A stretch of DNA of 64,000 nt from Pseudozobellia thermophila. GTDB lineage: Bacteria > Bacteroidota > Bacteroidia > Flavobacteriales > Flavobacteriaceae. Positions 20,407-30,031 of this stretch are shown here, in pieces. Both the position numbers and the translations under genes were made by a program. How positions within the stretch are numbered: position 1 is the stretch's first letter; every line of letters starts with the position of its first letter. Location of the stretch: contig NZ_FQYU01000001.1 of assembly GCF_900141855.1 (NCBI RefSeq), positions 95,402-159,401 on the forward strand, in the 5' to 3' direction. Under the pieces are notes generated by a model, which worked only from the letters and a program-made list of their open reading frames with translations, searched no databases and was not told the DNA's origin.

Positions 20407-20838
20407 ATGCGCCCAACAAAAAACAGACTTGCCCTCGTTCTATGGGGTGTCCTCTTGCTCGGTTCGACCACGGTTTTTTCGCAAGGGGTCAATAAGAAAA
20501 TGACCAAAATGGAAGAAGTAATGGTCGCCCACGACGAGGTAATGGACAAAATGCCCAAGCTCTCCAAACTGATCAACCAGCTACAGACCCGGGCGAACGC
20601 TTCGTACGAAAAGGAAAAATACGAGAAGGCCATTGCCGATCTTAAAGCGGCCAACAAGTCGATGATGGACTGGATGCACGCCTTCGGAAAGCGTTTCGAC
20701 GCCGACGAGATGATGAAGGGAAAAGAGCTATCGGAGCAGAAGCAAAAATGGCTTCTCGAGGAAGAAAGGAACGTGGAACTGCTGAGGGAGGAAATCGATT
20801 CGGGCATTGCCCGCGCCGAAAAGGTCCTTGGCCTTTAG
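20407..20838 (+). CDS. Small secreted protein, paralog 2 (KSMMDWM motif)
   Basis: Signal peptide MRPTKNRLALVLWGVLLLGSTTVFSQ; collinear similarity to 19898..20314. Confidence 0.6.
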   Translation: MRPTKNRLALVLWGVLLLGSTTVFSQGVNKKMTKMEEVMVAHDEVMDKMPKLSKLINQLQTRANASYEKEKYEKAIADLKAANKSMMDWMHAFGKRFDADEMMKGKELSEQKQKWLLEEERNVELLREEIDSGIARAEKVLGL

Positions 20839-20848
20839 GCGTACCGTT

Positions 20849-21436
20849 TCACTCCTTCCATTTTAAGGTTTCCATGATCCCACGGATATCGTTGCGCAAA
20901 TAGGCCGCAGCCGGATATATCGAATCGTAATTGGGTTTTGTATAAAAATACAAGGAGCCGGTAACAAAGTTGCGGATACTGTCCGTTACATAGAACTGCG
21001 CTTGGGACGCGGCATCACCGCTCACCTCATAGAACATACCGTAGACCCTGTCCTCATCGTTGACAAAGGGCTGTTCGAGTATACCGTCGGCCTTGACCGA
21101 ATGCTCATAACTGAACTTTTGGGCATCGGACAACAATTGTTCAAGATTGCCCTCTACCTTTTTGTAGTTGATAAAGATCTCGCCCTTCATTTCGGGGTAC
21201 TCCAAAACCATCGAGTTCGCCGATTCATTTTTGATTCGCGCCAAACTGTTGTACTGAAAGCCGAACTTGTCAAAGTGCAACTCGGTCAAGGTGGGTTTGG
21301 GGTATTCGAGCCGCAACTGCCCCTTGGGCTTGGGCAGCGTATCTTCCTTACACCCCATCGATACCATGCCGAGGGCCAATACCACCACTTTTAAAAAACG
21401 GCCCGTCCTTTTATGAATATGCTTCATCTTGATCAT
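20849..21436 (-). CDS. gldD: Gliding-motility lipoprotein GldD (probable)
   Basis: Lipoprotein signal (...LALGMVSMGC) and PKPKGQLRLEYP at the N-terminus as I recall for GldD; directly downstream of gldE, with mutY-ssb-gldE-gldD synteny. Confidence 0.6.
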   Translation of the reverse strand: MIKMKHIHKRTGRFLKVVVLALGMVSMGCKEDTLPKPKGQLRLEYPKPTLTELHFDKFGFQYNSLARIKNESANSMVLEYPEMKGEIFINYKKVEGNLEQLLSDAQKFSYEHSVKADGILEQPFVNDEDRVYGMFYEVSGDAASQAQFYVTDSIRNFVTGSLYFYTKPNYDSIYPAAAYLRNDIRGIMETLKWKE

Positions 21437-21443
21437 CTTTGTA

Positions 21444-22772
21444 TTAATTGGTATGCCGCTCTTCGGGCACGGGCAAGGTTACCTTGATTTGCTTTAGCCT
21501 TTTTTTGTCCATACTTTCCACCACAAAGCTATAATCGTTGAAAATGATCTTTTCACCCCGCTTGGGAAAACTTCCTGCGATCTCGAGCACAAATCCGGCG
21601 ATGGTTTCCGCCTCCCCTTTTTTGGCCTCGAACCCTTCCTCGTCCTCGATTTTCGTCACCCTGTAAAAATCGCGCAAGGCAGTCTTGCCATCGAACACAT
21701 AGTTGTAATCGTCGAGTTTGGAGAAAACCAGGTCCTCATCATCAAATTCATCGGTAATATCGCCCACGATTTCCTCGATAATGTCCTCCAGGGTAACGAT
21801 CCCCGACGTGCCCCCATACTCGTCGACAACCACGGCCAAATGGTTTTTCTTTTCTTGAAACTCCAACAAAAGATCGTCCAATTTTTTGTTCTCCGGAACA
21901 AAATAAGGCTCGCGGACCAAAGTCATCCAATTGAAGGTTTTACGATCGATATAGGGCAGTAGGTCCTTAACGTAGAGCACCCCGAGAACATTGTCCATGT
22001 TTTCGGAAAAAACAGGTATACGCGAATAGCCGTTCTTTTTCACCTCGGCCATTACCTCTGCAAACTTCATATCCTCGCTCAGGGCGAAAATATCGATCCG
22101 CGGTCTCATGACCTGCTTGGTATCGGTGTTGCCGAAAGATACGATGCCCTCCAATATTTTCTGTTCTTCCTTCGTGGTATCGCCTTCATCGGTCAGTTCC
22201 AAGGCCTGTGACAAGTGATCCACGCTCAAATTGGAGCGCTGCTTGCCCAATCGTTTGTAAAGAAAGAGGGTACCCGACCGCATGGGCAGGCTTAGGGGCG
22301 AAAATATGACGTCCAATACCTTTAAGGGAAAAGCCATGACATGGGCGAATGCCACCCGGTTTCTATTGGCGTAGACCTTTGGCAAAATTTCCCCGAACAT
22401 CAATATCAAAAAGGTCGCTACGACCACCTCCAAAAGAAAGCGTACCCATTCCAACTCCACTGTGGCGAAAAGGGTGTTTCCCACATCACTGAAGAGCAAG
22501 ACCACTCCAATATTGATGGCGTTGTTGGCAATGAGGATAGTGGCCAATAGCTTTTTGGGACGTTCGAGTAATTTGACAATTACGGGGGCCCTTGCGGTCT
22601 TTTCGTCGGCAATATCCTTTATCTCGGTTGCCGAAAGCCCAAAAAATGCGACCTCGGCCCCGGAAATGAGGGCAGAACAAACAAGCAACAAGACCAGTAC
22701 GGCAACTTTGAAGGCAAAGGCGCCTCCCGAGGCAATCAAAAAGGGCAGAACACTAAAAGGGTCAGGGTCCAA
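21444..22772 (-). CDS. gldE: Gliding-motility protein GldE (CNNM/CorC-type: DUF21 TM domain, 2x CBS, CorC_HlyC)
   Basis: N-terminal 4-TM DUF21 domain, CBS pair, C-terminal transporter-associated domain; 442 aa. Confidence 0.8.
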   Translation of the reverse strand: MDPDPFSVLPFLIASGGAFAFKVAVLVLLLVCSALISGAEVAFFGLSATEIKDIADEKTARAPVIVKLLERPKKLLATILIANNAINIGVVLLFSDVGNTLFATVELEWVRFLLEVVVATFLILMFGEILPKVYANRNRVAFAHVMAFPLKVLDVIFSPLSLPMRSGTLFLYKRLGKQRSNLSVDHLSQALELTDEGDTTKEEQKILEGIVSFGNTDTKQVMRPRIDIFALSEDMKFAEVMAEVKKNGYSRIPVFSENMDNVLGVLYVKDLLPYIDRKTFNWMTLVREPYFVPENKKLDDLLLEFQEKKNHLAVVVDEYGGTSGIVTLEDIIEEIVGDITDEFDDEDLVFSKLDDYNYVFDGKTALRDFYRVTKIEDEEGFEAKKGEAETIAGFVLEIAGSFPKRGEKIIFNDYSFVVESMDKKRLKQIKVTLPVPEERHTN

Positions 22773-22905
22773 TCGTTAAAATTTAATTGTAAATGTAAAA
22801 CGTGTTTTTGTACGAATAATTATAGTTCTACTAAAAACTTGGAATCATTGGGCAAATAATTTTTTCATCGACCGAACCCTACGTCATTAACGGACTACGA
22901 CGGGC

Positions 22906-23376
22906 CTAAAACGGCAAGTCGTCCTCCTCGGAAACGCCGCCTCCCTGCACCCCTTCTACCTGGGGCGACTGGGCCGGCTGTGCATTTGACCGGTCGGTCG
23001 GTCGCGGCGCATTGCCTTGGCCACCGGCCATACTATCTTTCTTCGTGGTCAAAAAGGTAAAATCCTGTACATGTATTTCGGTGGTATAGCGCGTGTTGCC
23101 ATCTTCACCTTGCCATTGTCGATTTTTTAATCGTCCTTCGACATATACCTTGTCTCCCTTGCTCAGATACTTCTCGCATATCTCGGCGGCCTTGTTGCGC
23201 ACGACCACATTGTGCCAATCGGTATTGGTCACCCTTTCTCCCGTCTGCTTGTTGGTATAGGTCTCATTGGTCGCGATCGGAAATCTGCCGATACAACCTC
23301 CTCCTTCAAAATAGTGCATTTTGACCTCGTCGCCCAAATGCCCAATCAACATAACCTTATTCAATGTACCACTCAT
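22906..23376 (-). CDS. ssb: Single-stranded DNA-binding protein
   Basis: OB fold (NKVMLIGHLG...), Gly/Gln-rich tail, C-terminal DDLPF. Confidence 0.9.
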   Translation of the reverse strand: MSGTLNKVMLIGHLGDEVKMHYFEGGGCIGRFPIATNETYTNKQTGERVTNTDWHNVVVRNKAAEICEKYLSKGDKVYVEGRLKNRQWQGEDGNTRYTTEIHVQDFTFLTTKKDSMAGGQGNAPRPTDRSNAQPAQSPQVEGVQGGGVSEEDDLPF

Positions 23377-23396
23377 AATTTCGTCTCGTTTAATGG

Positions 23397-24443
23397 TCAA
23401 AAGTACGAATTTTTAAACGTTTTCAAGAACTCGGCAATTAAAACAGGGACAGGATATTTATCCGCCTCATCGAAGGAAACACCGCCCTCAAAACCGTCAT
23501 GGGTCTCGACCACCCAAAAGACCGTGTGCAGGTGGCGATGTGAGAGCTTGTGTACAATGGGATTTTCGTTATAGCGATAGACGTTGACAGCGTTGCCTAG
23601 CTGCGGAAAATCGGCTAGGCCGCCCCTGACCTCATCGATTAGGGCCTCTTTTGGGGTCTCGACCAATGGAAACTCCCAGAGGTTCCGCCATATCCCTTTG
23701 CCCGTACGCTGTCTCAGCCAGGTCTTACCTTCTGGGGAAACAGGCACCAGGTAATTAAAATAAAGGGTTTTTACCTTGGTCTTGGCCAACTTGACGGGCA
23801 GGCTGTCTATAGTGTTTTTTTGGAGCGCCACACAGCCCGAACGAAGGGGGCAGACCCCGCAATCGGGACTTTTAGGGGTGCACTGAACCGCACCAAACTC
23901 CATGATGCCCTGATTATAGTCGCGAATATGATCGCCGTCCATGACCTCACGGGCCAGTGTTTTAAAATATTTAACGCCGCCAGTGGCGTTAATGGGCTGT
24001 GTCACACCGAAAAAACGCGATAGCACCCGGTACACATTACCATCGACGACGGGCTCCGGCCTATCGAAACATATCGAAGCGATGGCGCTTGCCGTATAAT
24101 CGCCCACACCGGGCAGCTTCAACAGCCCGTCGTAGGTGTCAGGAAAACGGCCTTGGTGACCATAGGCGACCGTTTTCGCGGCGGCATGCAGGTTTCTGGC
24201 ACGCGAATAATACCCCAAGCCCTGCCAAAGTTTTAAAACTTCTTCCTCCGAGGCATTGGCCAGGTCTTCGACCTTTGGAAAACGCTCGACGAATTTTTGG
24301 TAATACGGCAGGCCCTGAGCCACCCGGGTCTGCTGGAGCATGATCTCGGACAGCCATATTTTATAGGGGTCCCTGGTGTTTCGCCAAGGCAGGCTACGCT
24401 TATTGCGCCGGTACCATCCCAGTATTTCCCTTGAAAATGTCAT
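23397..24443 (-). CDS. mutY: A/G-specific adenine DNA glycosylase MutY
   Basis: HhH-GPD domain (LPGVGDYTASAI), 4Fe-4S cysteines CTPKSPDCGVCPLRSGC, C-terminal NUDIX-like domain. Confidence 0.9.
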   Translation of the reverse strand: MTFSREILGWYRRNKRSLPWRNTRDPYKIWLSEIMLQQTRVAQGLPYYQKFVERFPKVEDLANASEEEVLKLWQGLGYYSRARNLHAAAKTVAYGHQGRFPDTYDGLLKLPGVGDYTASAIASICFDRPEPVVDGNVYRVLSRFFGVTQPINATGGVKYFKTLAREVMDGDHIRDYNQGIMEFGAVQCTPKSPDCGVCPLRSGCVALQKNTIDSLPVKLAKTKVKTLYFNYLVPVSPEGKTWLRQRTGKGIWRNLWEFPLVETPKEALIDEVRGGLADFPQLGNAVNVYRYNENPIVHKLSHRHLHTVFWVVETHDGFEGGVSFDEADKYPVPVLIAEFLKTFKNSYF

Positions 24444-24620
24444 CGATTACAATTAAGCCGTCAAAAGTAAAGATTTATAGCCCAAACCCGAACACCGCAA
24501 ACAGCTTAAACCTTAAAAGTAGTGGTGAACTACTTAAAATTAGTTTGTTAGCAAAAAAGAATGAATTTAATTTATATATTTGCATCCCAAAAAAATTATA
24601 CTGAAAATTCAACACGAGAA

Positions 24621-24911
24621 ATGACGAAAGCAGAAATTGTATCAAAAATCTCAGACAAACTGGGAATTGAAAAAGGAGATGTTCAGGCGACTGTAGAAAG
24701 TTTTATGGAAGAGGTGAAATCTTCTCTTGAAGGAGGTGATAATGTGTACTTGCGTGGTTTTGGAAGCTTTATCATTAAGACAAGGGCCGAAAAGACAGGA
24801 AGAAACATCAGCAAGAATACTACCATTAAAATACCTGCGCACAATATTCCGGCATTCAAGCCCGCCAAGGTTTTTGTAGAGGGTGTCAAAAGTAACGTAC
24901 AGGTTAAATAG
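24621..24911 (+). CDS. HU family DNA-binding protein
   Basis: MTKAEIVSKISDKLGI...RGFGSF..K.RAE..GRN..; 96 aa from the internal Met. Confidence 0.9.
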   Translation: MTKAEIVSKISDKLGIEKGDVQATVESFMEEVKSSLEGGDNVYLRGFGSFIIKTRAEKTGRNISKNTTIKIPAHNIPAFKPAKVFVEGVKSNVQVK

Positions 24912-24936
24912 TATTAATCATATAAACTAGGAATTT

Positions 24937-25026
24937 ATGCCGAGTGGTAAAAAAAGAAAAAGACATAAGGTAGCCACACACAAGCGCAAGAAGCGCAGAA
25001 GAGCTAACCGACACAAGAAAAAATAG
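24937..25026 (+). CDS. 29-aa Arg/Lys-rich micro-protein, bS22-like small ribosomal protein candidate
   Basis: Hand translation MPSGKKRKRHKVATHKRKKRRRANRHKKK*; lies 25 bp after HU and is followed by a clean terminator; below the ORF-track size cutoff. Confidence 0.5.
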   Translation: MPSGKKRKRHKVATHKRKKRRRANRHKKK

Positions 25027-25046
25027 ACCGTAAGGACTAGCAGGAC

Positions 25047-25072
25047 AGGGCTGATGATTTCAGCCCTTTTTC
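25047..25072 (+). terminator. Rho-independent terminator after the micro-ORF
   Basis: AGGGCTGAtgattTCAGCCCT followed by TTTTT. Confidence 0.55.
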
Positions 25073-25232
25073 TGCTCAAACTATATTTTCTTAAACTACG
25101 TTCATTGACATAGAAATTCACAAAAAAAATTTCGGCGGATTTTTTCAACGATCCGTTTCAATCATTGTTTAATCAATTTTTCCTTGTCAGCGTTATATCG
25201 ACGTTGATACGGATAAATACAAATACATTCAG

Positions 25233-26780
25233 GTGAATAGAGAATTAATCGTAAGATCTAGTTCCAATGCCGTTGATTTTGCCTTGCTGAAAGATGGTAA
25301 GCTCACTGAATTGCACAAAGAGGAAGACAACAACAATTTTTCCGTTGGCGACATATTCTTGGCCAAGGTACGGAAGCCCGTAACCGGCTTGAACGCCGCG
25401 TTCGTAAACGTAGGATACGAAAAGGATGCTTTTCTTCACTACCACGATCTAGGGCCTCAATTAGCCTCTTTGCTCAAATTCATAAAACAGGTGAGCACCG
25501 GTAAACTAAAGGATTACTCGCTCAGCAATTTTCCGTTCGAGAAGGACATTGACAAAAATGGCGTTATAACCGATGTTATAAAGGCCAACCAATCCATATT
25601 GGTTCAAATTGTAAAAGAACCCATTTCTACCAAAGGACCAAGAATAAGCTCCGAACTTTCCATTGCGGGACGCTACTTGGTAATGGTACCCTTTTCAGAC
25701 CGTGTTTCGGTATCACAGAAGATAGCGAGCAACGAAGAAAAAGATCGACTGAAAAGGCTAGTAAAAAGTATAAAACCTAAAGGATTCGGTGTTATAATCA
25801 GAACGGTTGCCGAAGGCAAGAAAGTAGCGGAACTCGACAAAGATCTAGAAAACCTGTTGGCCAAATGGTCAGCAATGTGTAAAAAACTGTACAAAGCGCC
25901 AACCCCGTCAAAGGTATTGGTGGAGCTCAACAGGGCTTCTTCCATACTACGGGATATCTTTAACGATACCTTTACCGGTATCCATGTAGATGACGAAACG
26001 CTGTACGAACAAATTCAAGACTACGTGCAAGAAATTGCACCTGGTAAGGAATCGATCGTTAAACCGTATAGGTCAAACGTGCCCATCTTTGAAAAGTATG
26101 GTATTGAGCGGCAGATAAAAACTTCTTTTGGCCGCACAGCCAGCATGAGCAAGGGAGCGTATCTTATCATAGAGCACACCGAAGCCCTCCACGTAATCGA
26201 CGTGAACAGCGGAAACCGCTCCAACAAGGCGAAAAACCAAGAGGAAACCGCTTTGGAGGTCAACCTTTTGGCCGCTTCGGAAATTGCAAGGCAGTTACGC
26301 CTGCGCGATATGGGAGGTATTATCGTGGTCGACTTTATCGACATGGTAAAGGCACCCAACCGACGAAAACTTTTCGACCACCTCAGGGACGAGATGAAGG
26401 ACGATCGGGCGAAGCACAAGATACTTCCACCGAGCAAGTTCGGGCTTATACAGATTACCAGACAACGGGTACGGCCCGAAATGAACATTAAGACAACCGA
26501 GGAAAACCCTAACGGTAACGGCAAAGAAATAGAAGCGCCCATCGTTTTGATAGACAAGATCAACGCCGATCTTGAAAAATTGTTAAAGGGGCCCAAAGCA
26601 AACAACGGAATTACACTTAACATCCATCCGTTTATCGCAGCCTATTTGACCAAAGGTTTTCCGTCCATTCGTTCCAAGTGGTTTTTGGAACACAAAAAAT
26701 GGATCAAAATTCAGCCACGGGATGCCTATACGTATCTCGAATACCGTTTTAAGGACAAGAACGGAAAAACCATTTATTAA
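25233..26780 (+). CDS. rng: RNase E/G family endoribonuclease (RNase G-like)
   Basis: S1 domain (GDIFLAKVRKPVTGLNAAFVNVG), catalytic domain; 515 aa with a GTG start. Confidence 0.9.
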   Translation: MNRELIVRSSSNAVDFALLKDGKLTELHKEEDNNNFSVGDIFLAKVRKPVTGLNAAFVNVGYEKDAFLHYHDLGPQLASLLKFIKQVSTGKLKDYSLSNFPFEKDIDKNGVITDVIKANQSILVQIVKEPISTKGPRISSELSIAGRYLVMVPFSDRVSVSQKIASNEEKDRLKRLVKSIKPKGFGVIIRTVAEGKKVAELDKDLENLLAKWSAMCKKLYKAPTPSKVLVELNRASSILRDIFNDTFTGIHVDDETLYEQIQDYVQEIAPGKESIVKPYRSNVPIFEKYGIERQIKTSFGRTASMSKGAYLIIEHTEALHVIDVNSGNRSNKAKNQEETALEVNLLAASEIARQLRLRDMGGIIVVDFIDMVKAPNRRKLFDHLRDEMKDDRAKHKILPPSKFGLIQITRQRVRPEMNIKTTEENPNGNGKEIEAPIVLIDKINADLEKLLKGPKANNGITLNIHPFIAAYLTKGFPSIRSKWFLEHKKWIKIQPRDAYTYLEYRFKDKNGKTIY

Positions 26781-26790
26781 AAGCTTTAAA

Positions 26791-26823
26791 GCGACCTTAC
26801 ATAAAAAAGGTCGCTTTTTTTTG
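26791..26823 (+). terminator. Rho-independent terminator after rng
   Basis: GCGACCTTacataaaaAAGGTCGC followed by TTTTTTTTT. Confidence 0.65.
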
Positions 26824-26884
26824 TTGCAAACTCTCGGAAACATACCTTAATTTTGGAGCCCACAAGGCCCCTAACCCCGGTTCA

Positions 26885-27352
26885 ATGCACAAAACCTATA
26901 CCTTACAGGAAGCCAAAAGAAAACTCGAGGGCTACTGCGCCTACCAAGAGCGCTGCCATAAGGAAGTGGTCGCCAAACTTCGCGAAATGCGCATGATACC
27001 CGAGGCCATAGACCAAATCGTAGTGCATTTGATCAACGAGAATTTTCTCAACGAAGAGCGCTTTGCACAAAGCTTCGCCCGGGGCAAGTTCAACGTAAAA
27101 AAATGGGGTAAACAGCGCATCGTAAACGAACTGAAAAGCCGCGACATTTCAAAGTACAACATCGATACGGCGCTGAAGGAAATCGACGAGACCGACTACC
27201 TCAAAACCTTCGACGACCTGGCCGAAAAACGATTGACCCAAATCAACGATAAGGATCCTCAAAGAAAAAGAAGGAAACTGGCCGATTATCTGCTTTATCG
27301 AGGATGGGAGCCCCATCTGGTCTACGACAAAATCAAACAGCTGGTCCCCTGA
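26885..27352 (+). CDS. recX: RecA regulator RecX
   Basis: 155-aa helical repeat protein with RecX-like sequence. Confidence 0.8.
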   Translation: MHKTYTLQEAKRKLEGYCAYQERCHKEVVAKLREMRMIPEAIDQIVVHLINENFLNEERFAQSFARGKFNVKKWGKQRIVNELKSRDISKYNIDTALKEIDETDYLKTFDDLAEKRLTQINDKDPQRKRRKLADYLLYRGWEPHLVYDKIKQLVP

Positions 27353-27386
27353 TGCGACCTGGGGCCCTACGATTTATTTTTATCTT

Positions 27387-27887
27387 TTAGAGAAAGTTGA
27401 ACACGACACCCAGGTTCACGTTAAACTGGTTGTGAAATTTGTCGGCTGCCGTCAAATCATCGGTCTCGTACTTGGCGATAGGGAATCCGAATTCGGTATA
27501 CACGCCGAGCCCATCGGAAAAGAAATACCGCGCCCCGGTATGGAAGCCAAAGTTCTTCAGCCCCAAATCGAGCCCCGGATATAGGTCAAAATCGTCGTTC
27601 ACGTCGATTATAGGCCCCAAATGGGCACTAAAGCGTACCTTGACGTCGAAACGCTCCAAGGTATCGTCATCTACGCCGTTGGCGATTCCCAACAGGTACG
27701 AGGAGGTCGCCCCTACCGATATGTTCTCGCCCAGGCCGTAATCGTACGAAGCAACGATCCCGCTGCCGTTTTCCTGCAAGTTGGCACCCACTTGAAACTT
27801 CTGGTCCCCATGTCCGGAGTAGGCCTGTGCTGAAAGGAAGCCGATGGTAGAAAACGTAAATATCAAAGTAAATAAGAAATTTTTCAT
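27387..27887 (-). CDS. Small outer-membrane beta-barrel protein (OmpW/OprG-like porin family)
   Basis: Signal peptide; alternating beta-strand pattern; C-terminal ...NLGVVFNFL with terminal aromatic residues. Confidence 0.7.
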   Translation of the reverse strand: MKNFLFTLIFTFSTIGFLSAQAYSGHGDQKFQVGANLQENGSGIVASYDYGLGENISVGATSSYLLGIANGVDDDTLERFDVKVRFSAHLGPIIDVNDDFDLYPGLDLGLKNFGFHTGARYFFSDGLGVYTEFGFPIAKYETDDLTAADKFHNQFNVNLGVVFNFL

Positions 27888-27905
27888 GTAAATGTTTATT
27901 GATGG

Positions 27906-28766
27906 TTATGCTGTATAAAAACGCTGTGTTCGTTCGATCGCCCTGTTGTTTTTGTGTTCGATCCATTTCTGCCCCCCTATATGGCGCATGGCTATATCAA
28001 AGCTTCGCATCACCAATACATTGTAGACCCCTTTGGCAAAGTTCAGGGGATTTTTGGGCCAGGAACGCAGGCTCATCGAAAAACCGGGCGTAATGTATTT
28101 CATATAGTGCCAATATCCTTCGGGCATATACAGCACCTCGCCATGGTTCAGTTCGGCGCGGTAGCCCGATGCGGACCTCAGTACGGGCCACTTGTCGTAG
28201 TCAGGGTCGGAAAAGTCGATGCTCTCGTGGGTGATCAGCGAATGGGGCACCTTGTACAAGTACTTGGTCTGTGAAGGAGGAAACAAAATGCACTCCTTTT
28301 TGCCATCGAAATGAAAGTGAAAAATATTGGCCAGATCGATATCGTAGTGCATGAAGGTATACGAGTCCCGGCCTCCAAAGAAAAGCATGGGAAGCTTTTT
28401 CTTTAGTTTGAGCCCGAAATCGGGAAAATCAAAATCGTCTTGCAGCTGGGGAACCTCCTTTAAGATGTTCCAGAGAAAAATGCGGTATTTGGTGGGTTCC
28501 GATTTTAGCAGGTCGATATAGTCGTCCATTTTCATTTCGGCGTGGGCCTCGTTGAACCCATCCTTATGGCTTACGGGCCTATCGTCGTACAGGGGGACGG
28601 TCTTGTCGCCCGCCACCTGCCGCATATAGTCCAAGCTCCATTTTTGGAACGCGGGCCAATGCTCAACGGCCTTTTCTATGACTACCGGCTTTTGCGGCTT
28701 GAAAAAGTGCTCTATGAAATCTTCCTTAGTAAGGGTACTTACCCGTGGAACAGCTTCTAATTTCAA
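27906..28766 (-). CDS. Cupin-like (JmjC-type) domain protein
   Basis: 286 aa; JmjC/Cupin_8-like core with His and Glu ligand positions (HYDIDLANIFHFHFDGKKECILFPP). Confidence 0.65.
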   Translation of the reverse strand: MKLEAVPRVSTLTKEDFIEHFFKPQKPVVIEKAVEHWPAFQKWSLDYMRQVAGDKTVPLYDDRPVSHKDGFNEAHAEMKMDDYIDLLKSEPTKYRIFLWNILKEVPQLQDDFDFPDFGLKLKKKLPMLFFGGRDSYTFMHYDIDLANIFHFHFDGKKECILFPPSQTKYLYKVPHSLITHESIDFSDPDYDKWPVLRSASGYRAELNHGEVLYMPEGYWHYMKYITPGFSMSLRSWPKNPLNFAKGVYNVLVMRSFDIAMRHIGGQKWIEHKNNRAIERTQRFYTA

Positions 28767-28795
28767 TAGTTTCTGCGTTGATTTTTGCGGATCAA

Positions 28796-28817
28796 ATTTA
28801 GCTAACCTTGGCTAAAT
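28796..28817. promoter_or_regulatory. Inverted repeat ATTTAGC-N8-GCTAAAT, with a third half-site ATTTAGCTAA at 28828..28837, upstream of the cupin gene
   Basis: Read from the sequence; lies in the 79-bp bioB/cupin intergenic region. Confidence 0.3.
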
Positions 28818-28845
28818 ATTTTCTTAAAATTTAGCTAATGTAAGA

Positions 28846-29940
28846 TTATTCGACCATTTTCGATTTGGCCTTTGCCTCTTCATTTCTGGGGATGGTATGC
28901 CCAGGCCGGCTCCATTTGGGCTTTTCGCCCAAGGGTCGGTACTTCGACTCCGAAGCTTCCACCGTTTTCGGCTGTGATACCTTGGTAAAGGGTTTTTGCG
29001 GATTCAGGCCGAGCAATTTGAACATCTCCATATCTTCGTTTACATCCGGGTTCGGGGTGGTCAACAACTTGTCGCCCGCAAAGATCGAATTGGCCCCGGC
29101 AAAGAAGCACATGGCCTGCCCCTCCCTGCTCATTTGGGTACGGCCGGCGGACAAACGCACCTGGGTCTCCGGCATAACGATGCGGGTAGTGGCCACCATA
29201 CGGATCATATCCCAAATGGAAACGGGCTCCATATCTTCCATGGGCGTACCTTCGACGGCCACCAGGGCATTGATCGGAACCGATTCGGGCTGGGGGTTCA
29301 AACTGGCCAAGGCCACCAACATTCCGGCGCGGTCTTCGATCGCCTCGCCCATACCGATGATACCACCACTACAGACCGTTACGTTGCTCTTTCTTACATT
29401 ATCGATGGTGTTCAAACGGTCTTCGAAAGCCCGGGTAGAGATTACATCCTTATAATAATCCTCCGAGGTATCCAGGTTATGGTTATAGGCATACAGTCCG
29501 GCCTCCGCCAAGCGCTTGGCCTGGTTTTCGGTCAACATGCCCAGGGTACAGCAAACCTCCATATCGAGCTTATTGATGGTACGTACCATTTCCAAGACCT
29601 GTTCAAATTCGGGCCCGTCCTTTACATTACGCCAAGCCGCTCCCATGCAAACACGCGAACTTCCCGAGGCCTTGGCCCTCAACGCTTGGGCCTTGACCTG
29701 CGAAACGGACATAAGGTCGTTGCCCTCGATATCGGTGTGGTACCGCGCCGCCTGCGGGCAATAGCCACAATCTTCGGGGCATCCCCCCGTCTTTATCGAG
29801 AGCAGGGTTGAGACCTGGACCGTATTGGGGTCGTGATATTTTCTATGGATGGTCGCCGCCTCGTAGAGCAGCTCCATCAAAGGTTTGTTGTATATATCAA
29901 GAATCTCCTCTTTGGTCCAATCGTGCCTTTGTTCGCTCAT
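28846..29940 (-). CDS. bioB: Biotin synthase
   Basis: Radical-SAM CPEDCGYCPQ; BioB-like throughout, with a charged C-terminal tail. Confidence 0.95.
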   Translation of the reverse strand: MSEQRHDWTKEEILDIYNKPLMELLYEAATIHRKYHDPNTVQVSTLLSIKTGGCPEDCGYCPQAARYHTDIEGNDLMSVSQVKAQALRAKASGSSRVCMGAAWRNVKDGPEFEQVLEMVRTINKLDMEVCCTLGMLTENQAKRLAEAGLYAYNHNLDTSEDYYKDVISTRAFEDRLNTIDNVRKSNVTVCSGGIIGMGEAIEDRAGMLVALASLNPQPESVPINALVAVEGTPMEDMEPVSIWDMIRMVATTRIVMPETQVRLSAGRTQMSREGQAMCFFAGANSIFAGDKLLTTPNPDVNEDMEMFKLLGLNPQKPFTKVSQPKTVEASESKYRPLGEKPKWSRPGHTIPRNEEAKAKSKMVE

Positions 29941-30031
29941 AATCTTTTCTGAATCTGGTTCAAAAATAGGAAATGCATTTGTCTTTATTCTTTAACTCCC
30001 TCCTAAATACGAATAAAATAGTAAGACAAAG

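Noticed and set aside
28996-29811. 271-aa plus-strand ORF overlapping bioB
   Set aside because: Antisense to an unambiguous biotin synthase gene; His/Gly/Arg-rich shadow frame
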